Below, piece by piece: positions 30,356-41,031 of a stretch of DNA of 55,982 nt; position 1 is the stretch's first letter, and each line of letters opens with the position of its first letter. This DNA is from Phycisphaera mikurensis. GTDB taxonomy: Bacteria; Planctomycetota; Phycisphaerae; WQYP01. Under the pieces are notes generated by a model. The model was not told the DNA's origin, did no database searches, and saw only the letters and a program-made list of their open reading frames with translations. The translations under genes and the position numbers were made by a program. Where the stretch lies: positions 1-55,982 of the forward strand of contig DZDI01000004.1 of NCBI GenBank assembly GCA_022730455.1, given 5' to 3'.

Positions 30356-32137
30356 TCAGGCTTCCTGCGAATAATGGGCCAATTTAGATACATCATCGCG
30401 ATAGTAATCCGGATGATAACGACGCATCTCGTCATGCAGCAGGTTGAGAATATGATGTGCATGCTCAAGCTTTAGCGTTTTGTTGGCAACTTTTTCCGCC
30501 TGCTTTACCGTGATTTGGCGAATGAGTTGTTTGATTTCCGGGATATTGTTGGGCGTGATGGAGAGCGTGCGCAACCCTAAGCCCACCAACAGCATAGTGT
30601 AGTCCGGATCGCCCCCCATTTCGCCACAGAGCGATACATTTTTCGCTTCTGCTTTTCCAGCCCGCTGTACCCGCCGAATTAAGCGGATCACAGCCGGATG
30701 GGCGCCCGTAAAGAGCGAAGCCACGTGCTGATTGCCACGATCCACCGCCAAGGTGTATTGAATGAGGTCGTTGGACCCGATGGATACAAAATCAGAATCC
30801 CGTATATAGGGTTTGGGCATCAGGGCAGTGGATGGAACCTCAATCATCATGCCGACGCGAATGTAACGGTTGTAGGCAATCCCCTCTTCATCCAAATCTT
30901 CCATGGTGTCCTTAAGCACCATCTTGGCTTGGCGCAATTCCATCATATTGCAGATCATGGGAAACATAATCCGAACATCTCCATGCACACTGGCGCGGAG
31001 AATGGCACGCAACTGAACCTTGAACATGTCCTGATTTGCAAGGCAAAGGCGAATCGAGCGACGCCCGAGAAAAGGATTCGATTCCGCCGGCAAATCCAAA
31101 TGAGGGGTAGATTTATCGGCGCCCAAATCCAGTGTGCGGATAACCACGGGTTTACCTGCCAAACGCCGCACTACTTCCGTGTACGCGGCGTAGTGATCGT
31201 CCTCAGTGGGGGATTTTTCATGCCCCAGATAAAGAAATTCCGTTCGATAAAGCCCAATACCCAGGGCACCTTTCTGCAGCGCCTGGTCCACCTCGTGTGG
31301 AAATTCAATATTGGCCATCAGTGTGATATCGGCACCGTCCTTGGTGCGAGCTGGTTGATCACGCAATTGCTCCAGTTCGCTGGCATGCCGCATCTGGCGT
31401 TCTGCGAGAATGCGAGCTTCATCAATGGTCAGCGGATCGGGATCAACGGTCACCTTACCTTCGTGACCATTGATTATGATGATGTCGCCGGTACGCACTT
31501 CATGGACGATGCCATCGACACCTACAACGGCGGGAATGCCGAGCGAACTCGCGATGATCGCCGTGTGGCTGGTCTTGCCGCCGGATTCAATGGCGATACC
31601 GCGAACCATGGTTTTGTCGAGGGATGCGGTTTGCGATGGGGTCAGATCGCTGGCGATCAGAATAACCGGCTCTGTGAGTTCTCCAATCCGCAATCGCTCA
31701 GCCCCGGTCAATTTTGACAGCAGCCGCCGCTCAATGTCGTAAATATCCTTCACGCGGTCCCGAAAGTACGCGTCGGAATGGTCGGTGAATATTTTGGCAT
31801 AATCCCGTAAGGCGCGGTAAACCGCGTACTCTGCGGAGTAATTTTGGCTGTTAATCAAATTGATGAAGGTGCGGATGAGCTCCGGGTCATTGAGCAGGCC
31901 GAGATGAAAGTCAAAAATCGCCCCGGTCTCTTTGCCCAAGTGGCGTGAAGTTTGGTCCCGAAGTTCTCGGACTTCCTCACTGCTTGCGGCGATAGCGACT
32001 TGAAGCTTTTGCTTTTCAGCTTCGACAGCAGTGCCGGCAACGGTATGAGAACCGATCTTCAGTTGGTCATCGGAAATGACGAGCGCCTTGGCAACCGCTA
32101 CGCCACTTGAGACCCCTATACCCTGAAGAACGTCCAT
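30356..32137 (-). CDS. ptsI: Phosphoenolpyruvate-protein phosphotransferase (PTS Enzyme I)
   Basis: GGKTSHTAI (phospho-His), GIGLYRTEFLY, IRTLDLGADK, SIGSNDLIQY, CGEMGG. Confidence 0.96.
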   Translation of the reverse strand: MDVLQGIGVSSGVAVAKALVISDDQLKIGSHTVAGTAVEAEKQKLQVAIAASSEEVRELRDQTSRHLGKETGAIFDFHLGLLNDPELIRTFINLINSQNYSAEYAVYRALRDYAKIFTDHSDAYFRDRVKDIYDIERRLLSKLTGAERLRIGELTEPVILIASDLTPSQTASLDKTMVRGIAIESGGKTSHTAIIASSLGIPAVVGVDGIVHEVRTGDIIIINGHEGKVTVDPDPLTIDEARILAERQMRHASELEQLRDQPARTKDGADITLMANIEFPHEVDQALQKGALGIGLYRTEFLYLGHEKSPTEDDHYAAYTEVVRRLAGKPVVIRTLDLGADKSTPHLDLPAESNPFLGRRSIRLCLANQDMFKVQLRAILRASVHGDVRIMFPMICNMMELRQAKMVLKDTMEDLDEEGIAYNRYIRVGMMIEVPSTALMPKPYIRDSDFVSIGSNDLIQYTLAVDRGNQHVASLFTGAHPAVIRLIRRVQRAGKAEAKNVSLCGEMGGDPDYTMLLVGLGLRTLSITPNNIPEIKQLIRQITVKQAEKVANKTLKLEHAHHILNLLHDEMRRYHPDYYRDDVSKLAHYSQEA

Positions 32138-32574
32138 GAAGGCCTCATTCCAAAAAGAGAGTCAGGACACCGCAAGAGTCTAACGACATCGGCGCCTGAT
32201 CGATTGCATCCGACCGATTGCTCAAACTGGCCGGAAGTATATCTGCTATCATCGTTTGAATCCAGCGAAACGCTGCAGGCGAGGGTCTAAATCACCATGG
32301 GGATGACGACGGGGCTATGGGCCGTCCCGTATGCGCCGCAAAGCCATCTGTGCGATGTCACAGCGGAACAAATGTGCATGAAAAATAAAGCGCCGCACCG
32401 GCACGGAGGCCCGCAACCGCACCACGACGGCACCACGATCTGGACGGTCTCCCAAGCGCTTCGCAACCCGGCTGGACAACCTGAACAAACCACGTTAGCC
32501 AAGAGCCTGTCCAAGCCATAGCAGGGCTGCGATGTGCCGGAAACGCCTCGGATGAAAGGCGTCCGCAAAACCCT

Positions 32575-33540
32575 TTAACGCCGTAGAATTTCCCCATCCA
32601 ATACCAATCGGAGTTTTTCAAGGGCGCGATTTTGAATCTGGCGGACGCGCTCCTTCGTAACACCGATCACTTGGCCGACCTCTTCGAGGGTAAGAGATTC
32701 AGTATTCATGGGCCTATTGACCGCAAAGCGAGCTTCAATGACTCGCTGCTCGACGTCGGTCAAATCCGCCCGATTACTGGAGATAATGCGATGCAACTCC
32801 TCAATCGCATCTTTGGCAACGGCTTGGCGGCGAAGTTCCATCTCGTTGGATCTTTCCATGGATGGATCAAATTCCGCCGGGAATAGGTTGTTGTAGCGAT
32901 TTGATTTCACCGCGACGCGGCTAAAGGCCTTGAGGATCGCCCGGCAAGCGTAGGTACTGAATTTAAAGCCGCGTGCCGCATCAAATTTTTCAACGGCCCG
33001 CAACAAGGCCATGTTTCCCTCGGAAACAAGCTCGCTGAAATCGACGTCCGACATGCGGGTGCGCTTGGCCATGGCTAAAACCAACGCCAAGTTGGCATTC
33101 GTGAGAATTTCGCGCGTTGCACGGCTGCGACGATGCCAAAGAACCACTTCACTGGCGACCTTGCGCCCCGGTGCCGCTTTGAGGCGTGCAACTGCCTGTT
33201 TGGTACGCATGCGAGCGTAATTGTAACGGAGAAACAAATGCTGCTCTTCTTTAGTGCTCAAAAGTGCCGAAGACGGCGCGGACGACCCATTGAGATCATC
33301 ATCCAGCATGGGGTGATACCACGAGGTGCTCGCCGCCGTGATGTCCATTCCTTCGTCATAAAGTGTTGCCTCGGCAGAGCGCTTCTTGAACAACGGGTTA
33401 TCCATATAGTCGATAGGAAGTGATATGGCCTCCAGGGCGACTTTCAATGAATCACCCTTCAGGTGCGAGAGAGCACGACGAAGTTTAGAGGGCAATTCTC
33501 GCAAGGTTAAAATGACGGGCGGGGGCGTTGCAACTGGCAT
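32575..33540 (-). CDS. Sigma70-family (non-ECF) alternative sigma factor, planctomycete type
   Basis: ANLALVLAMAK, ELVSEGNMALLRAVEKFD...GFKFSTYA, TLEEVGQVIGVTKERVRQIQ. Confidence 0.92.
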   Translation of the reverse strand: MPVATPPPVILTLRELPSKLRRALSHLKGDSLKVALEAISLPIDYMDNPLFKKRSAEATLYDEGMDITAASTSWYHPMLDDDLNGSSAPSSALLSTKEEQHLFLRYNYARMRTKQAVARLKAAPGRKVASEVVLWHRRSRATREILTNANLALVLAMAKRTRMSDVDFSELVSEGNMALLRAVEKFDAARGFKFSTYACRAILKAFSRVAVKSNRYNNLFPAEFDPSMERSNEMELRRQAVAKDAIEELHRIISSNRADLTDVEQRVIEARFAVNRPMNTESLTLEEVGQVIGVTKERVRQIQNRALEKLRLVLDGEILRR

Positions 33541-34209
33541 ACGATACTCCTTCCAGTTTACTGTGCGGCCGTTAACTAATAACGCCGCATCAACTCAATA
33601 TACGGAGCAAATTCGGGACCCGATTGGCCAAAATGCAAACTTTTCCCCATCGCATAGCCATAACTATTTTATAATCATATGGTTGCAATTAAAATGCTTA
33701 TTTGAAATTTAAATTTGACTAACTGGACACATGCGAACTTTGCCGCGTGCTTAACGCCAAGTTGTCAGCCATCAAAGCCTCACAATCTGCCACGACGCCA
33801 CGATCGCAGCAGGAATGCCGCAGGGTGAATGCATACTCGGCACAGTTGGCGAAACGATGCAAAACATTCTGACGCATGCGAGCCACGAGTTATCCGCGTG
33901 ATGAACCGGCGTTTTCACGTCCGCATCATGCGCCAAACCACGGGCAACGGCCAGTGCCCTGTCACGTCTACAAATTAGGATTGATTGGCCTGACGCTGAA
34001 CCAGTACACCTTCCGAAACCCTTGACGGCGGCACCTCATTGGAGGAGTATAGTTGGCGGGATTGGAAGTTTTTAATAGCGTGGTTGAGGTGTTATGGGTT
34101 TTTCCCCCGCACGACTTGTTCCCAATACTAAATGCATGACCGAGCCGCCAGTTACCGGGAGAACAGATTCTTGAACAGTCGTTTATTTGTGCAGAGGAGT
34201 ATTAACCCT

Positions 34210-36084
34210 ATGGTTCACCGCGTATTAATATGTTTGATCGCCGTGCTGGCAGGCGCGGCCATGACCTGTCACACAGCACTTGCCAAAGCGTTACCCACCT
34301 CAAAACCAAAGCCGATGATCGGCCGCTATCCGTTGACATGGGCGTCGCTGCCGCATAAGAATGTGCCCAAGGGTCAGGTATTTTCATTTAAATTAAAAGC
34401 TAATACCATATTTCCTGATACGCGGCGGATCATCACCGTATATGTCCCTGCGGAATATAAGGCTCGAAAACCTGCCGCCGTCATGGTCTCGCTGGATGGC
34501 TGGGGGCCGTCTACCGTTTGTGATAACCTGATTTATAAAAAGCAGATGCCTGTGGTCATCGGCATAGGCGTTTCCGCCGGCGTCGCGCCGCCCGTCGGCG
34601 TTAAAATTACCACTGCCCAGTACAGCCAAATGGTGGTGTGGGGGCCCATTCCGACGACCAATGGTGTACCTGTCGACCCGCGCTGGAATCGCAGTTTTGA
34701 ATTTGACGGCGTCAGTGATCGTTTGGCACGGTTTCTCATGCAAGTGGTACTGCCCGCCGTGGAAAAACACCGCACACCAAGCGGTCTTCCCATTATTCTG
34801 ACCCGCAATCCCAACGAGCGTGCCATCATGGGTGGAAGCTCAGGTGGCATTGGGGCGTTCACTGCTGCATGGATGGATCCTGACGCCTTCCGCAGGGTAA
34901 ATACCGCGGTCGGCACTTTTGTCGATATGCGGGGTGGAAATTGGTATCCGCCGATCATTCGCAAAATGGATCCCAAGCCGCTACGGGTTTTTATGCAGTC
35001 TGGCTCACACGATGACTGGCCGGCCGGGCCGGAAATGGGTTCATGGCCATTGGGCAACCTTGCCTTGGAGCATGCGCTGAAATTTGCCGGATACGCCGTC
35101 GAGCATGCATGGGGTACCGGTGGCCATAATGGCAATCAGGAAACGTCCGTGCTCCCTCATGCGTTGCGGTGGTTATGGAAGGACTGGAAGCACCCAATTA
35201 AAACCGGCTGGTCCCACAACCCTGTGCTCCAAGCCATGTTGATTCCCGGGCAACACTGGCATTTGGTCACAAAGCGTTCGTTTTCTCCAGGGTATATGGC
35301 AGCGAACCAAAAAGGACAGGTATTTTTTCAGGATACCGTGAATGGGAACATTTATCGCCTTGCGCACCACGGCGATCCTCGGCTCTTTGTACATGCCAGT
35401 CCAGGGCTTAACGGCATGGCCTTTGGCCCCAACGGACGGCTGTACGTGGCAGACTCGGCAACCCATCAGATTGTGGCATATGCCGAGAACGGAAGCTCCA
35501 CCGTTGTAGCCAATGGCATCCGAGGTGCACAGTTGGTGGTGACGCATCGGCGGGTTGTCTATGTGGCGGGTAACACCAGTCGATTACGGCACACCGGAAT
35601 CATATGGCGGATTAACCCCGGCAAGAAACCCGTCGTTGTAGCGCATGGATTAAGATCCCTCAGCGGCATTATTTTGCGTCCCGATGATGGCTGGCTCTGC
35701 GCAGCTCAGGCGTACAATCACATGGGATACAGCTTCCAAGTTCGCTCCCAAGGCAACCTGAAATACCGCGAACCATACTATTGGTTTGAACAGGCGCCAT
35801 GGGCAGAGAACAGTGGCACACACCAATTGACGGTGGATCGCAATGGCTGGATTTATGCGGCCACCGTTTTGGGGGTACAAGTGCTGGACCACAGCGGTCG
35901 AGTCTCGGCGATTCTATCCGTACCGAGCGGCCGACCGGTGCTGGGCGTTTGCTTCGGAGGAACACATTTTCGATATCTCTTCGCAACCAATGGGAAACAC
36001 ATCTATGAGCGGCGGTTAAAGGCGCAGGGCATGCCTTCATGGCACAGACCGATCAGCCTGCCAGTGGGACTTGGAGAATCGTAA
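34210..36084 (+). CDS. Exported esterase (Fes-like alpha/beta hydrolase) - SMP-30/gluconolactonase fusion
   Basis: AGGAG RBS, signal peptide, YVPAEY, GGSSGG nucleophile elbow, GGH, C-terminal beta-propeller repeats. Confidence 0.85.
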   Translation: MVHRVLICLIAVLAGAAMTCHTALAKALPTSKPKPMIGRYPLTWASLPHKNVPKGQVFSFKLKANTIFPDTRRIITVYVPAEYKARKPAAVMVSLDGWGPSTVCDNLIYKKQMPVVIGIGVSAGVAPPVGVKITTAQYSQMVVWGPIPTTNGVPVDPRWNRSFEFDGVSDRLARFLMQVVLPAVEKHRTPSGLPIILTRNPNERAIMGGSSGGIGAFTAAWMDPDAFRRVNTAVGTFVDMRGGNWYPPIIRKMDPKPLRVFMQSGSHDDWPAGPEMGSWPLGNLALEHALKFAGYAVEHAWGTGGHNGNQETSVLPHALRWLWKDWKHPIKTGWSHNPVLQAMLIPGQHWHLVTKRSFSPGYMAANQKGQVFFQDTVNGNIYRLAHHGDPRLFVHASPGLNGMAFGPNGRLYVADSATHQIVAYAENGSSTVVANGIRGAQLVVTHRRVVYVAGNTSRLRHTGIIWRINPGKKPVVVAHGLRSLSGIILRPDDGWLCAAQAYNHMGYSFQVRSQGNLKYREPYYWFEQAPWAENSGTHQLTVDRNGWIYAATVLGVQVLDHSGRVSAILSVPSGRPVLGVCFGGTHFRYLFATNGKHIYERRLKAQGMPSWHRPISLPVGLGES

Positions 36085-36170
36085 TTAACTGCAATATTGC
36101 CTGAAACGGTCCCAGCGCCGTGGTGATCGTACCTCAGACTATGTCCCCCTTAAGAAAGGAAAACAACGTC

Positions 36171-39100
36171 ATGTCTGACACACAAGAGCACCGAGACAAC
36201 AGTGACATTTCGCGTCGAGGATTTCTCAAGGTCTTGACCGCCGCATCCGCGGCTTTGGCCATCACCCCAGCACCCAGCGCAACCGAGTTGGCGTATGCCG
36301 AGGAAATTGGCGTTCCTCTACGGGGACCGGATGGAAGAATTATTGTGTTTCATCCGCCCATGGCATCCGGCATCCCGCTGGGTGGAATGGGTGCCGGCAC
36401 GTTTGAGATACGCGCCGATGGCGGCATGTACCAATGGCAGATTTTTAATAATTGGGCACAGCGCTTGGTTTTACCAGATACCTTTTTTGCGGTCCGGGCG
36501 AAGGAAGAGGGAAAGTCCGCCGTAACCCGTCGCCTGGAAACCATTCGCCATACGTCCAATCCCGGCAAGCCGGTCAAAAATATTACCTACGAAGGTCGTG
36601 CGCCGATTGCCCGCCTGCGATACGAAGAACCGGCCCTGCCTGTCGATGTATCACTTACGGCCTGGTCAGCCCTGATACCGCATCAGCCACGCGATTCTGG
36701 CCTTCCAGCCGCCGTTTTTACCTTTGATGTCACCAACCGCTCCACCGCCAGGGTACAAACGACGCTGCTGGGCACCTTGCGCAATGGCGTGGCATTGAGC
36801 AACGGCTGGACTGGCACGGAAAACCGTCTGGAACGAGATGCCGCCATGACAGCCATTCACATGCAAGGGCGTATCGATTCGCGGCCATCGGTTATGAGCA
36901 AACCCGTGCGTGTGCTGGTGCTGCTGGAATCCATGCCGAACCGCGTGCAGGAGGTTTTAAAAAATACGACCAATCTTTCACTTGATACGAGTATCAACGT
37001 CAACAAGGCCCCCGTGACGCTTCCATATTCAACAGGCGATGATCTGGCAAAACACTTTGACGTAATCTGGCTGGGTGAAATTCCGCACGCCAGCGCCACA
37101 CTTGGCCACGCCAACATGGCCTTGATCCGTGACGCCGTGCATAAGGGCGTTGGCCTTTTTGTCAGCGGCGGCTGGGACGCATTCTACGGAGAAAGCGCCA
37201 CACGCTGGGCTCATCTGAACGGTACACCCATTGAACAGGCCTTGCCAGTCAAGTTCCCCGATTCAGTGGATGCTGTCAACCAGCAAACCAGCATCCATGT
37301 CGCTGAAAAGGCAGATTTTGTCCTAGGTATGCCGCAACTCCAAATGATCGAGGGATACAGCCGTATCGCCTCGCTGAGGCCCGATGCGAAAGTCTTGCTT
37401 AAAGCTGATGACGGCACGCCATTATTAATTACAGGCCGTTATGGTCAGGGTCGAACCATCGTGTGGGCCTGCTCCATCGCCGGTGGATGGCCGCCAATGC
37501 ACTGGACGCAAGCTCCGCTGTTTTACGCCAGTTTACTGGCGCATCTTGCCCACGCCGATTTTTCACCCGGGTACGGCGTGGATTCTTTTGACGGCTCCAG
37601 CGGCGATATGACCCTTGCCGCCCTTTCCACCGATGCGCTGGCCGCCACCCAATGGCGGAATAGCAATGCATTTTGGTCGGAATTCGAGAACCATGGAAAG
37701 CTACAGGATCAGGAAGTACCGCCCGAAGACGCACGCAATACCGCCTTGGCCTTCGCATTTGATTTGGCCCCGGGTGAAACCCAAAAGGCAACATTTTTGC
37801 TGACTTGGTATTTTCCTAATCAATACGATTATTCACACAATGCCAACTTCCTTGGGCACATCTATAACCGTTGGTTCCCTAATTCCATGGAAGTTGCCCG
37901 GGAAATGGCACATCGCCACACGGAGTTGTTCCGCCGAACGGCAGCATTCCAAAACGCGCTTTATGCCGGCAGCATGCCACCCAAAGTAAAAGATGCCATC
38001 AACGCCCAGCTTACCACGCTCACTAAAGAAAGCTGGTGGGTCAAAGACGGGACGTTTGCCGTGTGGGAAGGCATGGGCTGCTGCGGATTGCAGACGCTTG
38101 ATGTGGCCTTTTACGGCTCCAGCACCATTTCGCTCCTCTTCCCGCACCAGCAGAAAACGTCTATGCGGCTTAGCGCCCGCCACCAGAAACCCGATGGCGA
38201 GATGCCCCATTTTTTCCCCGGCACATTTGAACACCCAGATTCCTGGTTCAAAATCGATCTTATGCCTGCATTCGCGCTGATGGTGTACCGCGACTACATC
38301 TGGTCTGGCGACCACGGCTACCTGCGCGAAATGTGGCCCGTCATTACCAAGGCCATGGCGTACGACCAGAGAACCGACAAAAACAAAGATTTTCTCCCGG
38401 ATGATCACGGAGCGGACAATACATTTGACGGCTGGCCCATGAACGGTACCACCGCCTACGTGTCCAGCATTTTTCTGGCCGGATTGGCTGCGGGCATACG
38501 CATGGCACGGGTGCTGGGTGATACCCAGACAGAAGCCAATTACACCTTGTGGCTGGAAAAAGGGAAGAAAAGTTTTGAATCTCAGCTATGGAATGGCCAC
38601 TACTACCAGATGGCGCGGGATATAGGAAATGGAACAGAAAACACCGGCATTCTCCTGGCCGGTACCGTCGGACAATGGTTCGCCGATGTTTGTGATCTTG
38701 GAGAAATTCTGCCGCGCGATCATGTCTTGGCGCATAACTTGGCGGCCTTTCATTACTGCCGCAAAAAAACGTGCCCCGGTATGCCGTATGTGAATCCCAC
38801 TGATGGCATCGCGTACATCAATGGAGACTGGCCGTACGGCGGTACCCCACAGGGTGAGGGCCAATGGAGCGGGCCGTGGACCGGCATCGAGTACATGTTT
38901 GCATCCTCGCTGGCGTATCTGAACCAAACGGAGCTTTCCGCCACCGTGACAACGGACGTATACAACCGATACGTCCATCGTCGGGCACCATGGGATCATA
39001 TTGAATGTGGCGAGCATTATTTTCGCCCACTGAGTGTGTGGACGGTGTTGCTTGGTCTCCAAGGGTTCCGCTGGGACGCCATACGCCGATCGCTGGGCTT

Positions 39101-39419
39101 CACGCCGCGTATATCCGAAACCAATCACAGGTCGCTGTTTTGCACCGCCGCCGGTTGGGGTGAATATTACGCCCAGACCGTTGCCGGGCGACGCGTTCAC
39201 CGTGTGGTACACCAGGCGGGACGATTGGCCTTGTCTGAATTTACCATCGGGCTAACGCCCGTCGAAGGTACGCCGCCGCTGACGGATTTGAAGGTTGCAG
39301 TAGACAATCAGCCGCTGGATGTGGCAAGTACGGTGACCGATAATCGTGCCGTGATTACTTTTAAGCGGCCGCTGCGGATGCGAGAATCGTCGAGTTTGGA
39401 TGTCTCTTGGAAATTGTGA
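36171..39419 (+). CDS. Tat-exported GH116 glycoside hydrolase with inserted GATase1-like (DUF1355) domain
   Basis: SRRGFL Tat motif; GIPLGGMGAG, WQIFNN, TWYFPN, WEGMGCCG, DNTFDGW, WTGIEY, HIECGEHYFR. Confidence 0.85.
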   Translation: MSDTQEHRDNSDISRRGFLKVLTAASAALAITPAPSATELAYAEEIGVPLRGPDGRIIVFHPPMASGIPLGGMGAGTFEIRADGGMYQWQIFNNWAQRLVLPDTFFAVRAKEEGKSAVTRRLETIRHTSNPGKPVKNITYEGRAPIARLRYEEPALPVDVSLTAWSALIPHQPRDSGLPAAVFTFDVTNRSTARVQTTLLGTLRNGVALSNGWTGTENRLERDAAMTAIHMQGRIDSRPSVMSKPVRVLVLLESMPNRVQEVLKNTTNLSLDTSINVNKAPVTLPYSTGDDLAKHFDVIWLGEIPHASATLGHANMALIRDAVHKGVGLFVSGGWDAFYGESATRWAHLNGTPIEQALPVKFPDSVDAVNQQTSIHVAEKADFVLGMPQLQMIEGYSRIASLRPDAKVLLKADDGTPLLITGRYGQGRTIVWACSIAGGWPPMHWTQAPLFYASLLAHLAHADFSPGYGVDSFDGSSGDMTLAALSTDALAATQWRNSNAFWSEFENHGKLQDQEVPPEDARNTALAFAFDLAPGETQKATFLLTWYFPNQYDYSHNANFLGHIYNRWFPNSMEVAREMAHRHTELFRRTAAFQNALYAGSMPPKVKDAINAQLTTLTKESWWVKDGTFAVWEGMGCCGLQTLDVAFYGSSTISLLFPHQQKTSMRLSARHQKPDGEMPHFFPGTFEHPDSWFKIDLMPAFALMVYRDYIWSGDHGYLREMWPVITKAMAYDQRTDKNKDFLPDDHGADNTFDGWPMNGTTAYVSSIFLAGLAAGIRMARVLGDTQTEANYTLWLEKGKKSFESQLWNGHYYQMARDIGNGTENTGILLAGTVGQWFADVCDLGEILPRDHVLAHNLAAFHYCRKKTCPGMPYVNPTDGIAYINGDWPYGGTPQGEGQWSGPWTGIEYMFASSLAYLNQTELSATVTTDVYNRYVHRRAPWDHIECGEHYFRPLSVWTVLLGLQGFRWDAIRRSLGFTPRISETNHRSLFCTAAGWGEYYAQTVAGRRVHRVVHQAGRLALSEFTIGLTPVEGTPPLTDLKVAVDNQPLDVASTVTDNRAVITFKRPLRMRESSSLDVSWKL

Positions 39420-39807
39420 GTGACAGATCATATGGCGTCACAAAACATACTTGGGAGTCTGTCCACGTCATAACAGGGCGGTGAAGATATTGACGGCGAG
39501 GTATTGACGCATCTGGCCCATGATGGGGATATCCCGTAAATAGGCATAATCCTTGTGCGCCATGGGGTATCCCCGTGGATGCTCCCTCGGGTTTGTACCG
39601 CCGTGCTTGCCAACCACGATTCATCGCGGCGGCCAGCAAAAGTTTGCCAGACATGGCCGATGGCCTTGAAACCTCATCACGAAGTCGCCTTTTATGAAAA
39701 TTCATTTGCCTTTCTTCTAAGTTGGCGTAAACTTCACGCATAGTTGTATTCGTCGTGAGATTAACTGGCCGAAAGGCCGTGCACGGTTTCGGATTACGGC
39801 ACTCTCA

Positions 39808-41031
39808 TTGAACATGCAGAAACAAAACCGAATGAGGTCAACCACCCCCACCAAGCCGATTGGATCGAGATTGACATCGGCGAGGTTGCCCCTTCCCCCG
39901 CCAAACATGCATATTCCATCACGGGTGCTGTTGTCCTTGCCTTGGTATGCGCCCAACATTCATCACGGCATCGCACGCTATGCGGAACAGGCCGGATGGA
40001 ATCTCGACCTGAGTTGGGTCCACGATGCGCTTCTGCCCGCCAAATGGGACGGCGATGGCATCATCTGCATCGCCGGCGTCAATGCTGCCATTGACCGCAA
40101 GGTTCTGCGTTACCACAAACCCATTGTGAACATCGGCAACCATGAGCAGTTCCCCGCTCCAAGAGTGGCAGCCGATATGGAAAAGGTTGTAAAATTAGCC
40201 ATTGAACATTTTACCCAACGCGGATTCAAGCATCTGGCTTATTACATACGCCTTGGCACAAGACCGGAACTGGCCAAACTTAAAATATTCGAGACCGGTG
40301 CGGCGGCGACGGGAGCCACCTTCCACCCGATCAACTGTTCGGCCACACCGGATCGTGATCGTCTGCGGCAACTGAGCCGTCAAATTGGCAAATTGCCCAA
40401 ACCACTGGCAGCTACTGCGCAAATGGATGAATTCGCGGTTGAATTGATCCATGCCAGCCGTTCCGCCGGGTTGCGTGTGCCGGAAGATGTAGCGGTTCTG
40501 GGCTGCAACGATGACCGGCTGATCTGCCCCTTTGCGACAGTTCCGTTGTCCAGTGTTGACAATAATCAGGAAGGAATCGGCTATAAGGCGGCGGAGTTAC
40601 TCGACCGTCTCATGCATAGCGAACCTCCACCGGCTCAGGCCGTACTGGTTGCACCATGCGGCGTTACCACCCGACAGTCCACCGACATTCTGGCCGTCAG
40701 CAATGAAAATGTTCTGGCCGCGCTGGCGATAATTAAAAAACATTATGTCGATACGCTTTCCGCCAAGCGGGTGGCAGCGGAAATACACATTTCTGAAAGA
40801 CAATTATTTGAATCCTTCAAGCGTCATCTGGGCCACAGTGTCAAGCATGAAATACTGCAGCGGCGGATAGAACGGGCCAGTTACTTACTTACGCAGTCCG
40901 GGCGGAAGATGCAGAATATCGCATGGGAATCAGGCTTTTCAACGCTAAGCCAGATGGTGAAGGTATTCCGCCGTGTTAAGAGCACCACACCCGGGGCATA
41001 CCGTCGTGAATTTGGACGGACTTTCAGATAG
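39808..41031 (+). CDS. XylR-type regulator (periplasmic-binding fold plus AraC HTH)
   Basis: GIARYA, DGIIC, LPKP, VPEDVAVLG, LSSVD, RQSTD, C-terminal AraC TPGAYR; start may be ATG 39907. Confidence 0.9.
   Translation: MNMQKQNRMRSTTPTKPIGSRLTSARLPLPPPNMHIPSRVLLSLPWYAPNIHHGIARYAEQAGWNLDLSWVHDALLPAKWDGDGIICIAGVNAAIDRKVLRYHKPIVNIGNHEQFPAPRVAADMEKVVKLAIEHFTQRGFKHLAYYIRLGTRPELAKLKIFETGAAATGATFHPINCSATPDRDRLRQLSRQIGKLPKPLAATAQMDEFAVELIHASRSAGLRVPEDVAVLGCNDDRLICPFATVPLSSVDNNQEGIGYKAAELLDRLMHSEPPPAQAVLVAPCGVTTRQSTDILAVSNENVLAALAIIKKHYVDTLSAKRVAAEIHISERQLFESFKRHLGHSVKHEILQRRIERASYLLTQSGRKMQNIAWESGFSTLSQMVKVFRRVKSTTPGAYRREFGRTFR

Noticed and set aside
30698-31717. 339-aa antisense ORF inside ptsI
   Set aside because: Shadow ORF opposite a conserved gene; no motifs or RBS
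39428-39741. Short minus-strand ORFs between GH116 and the XylR-type gene
   Set aside because: Could be a decayed gene but no family is recognisable; the longer ORF overlaps the GH116 end
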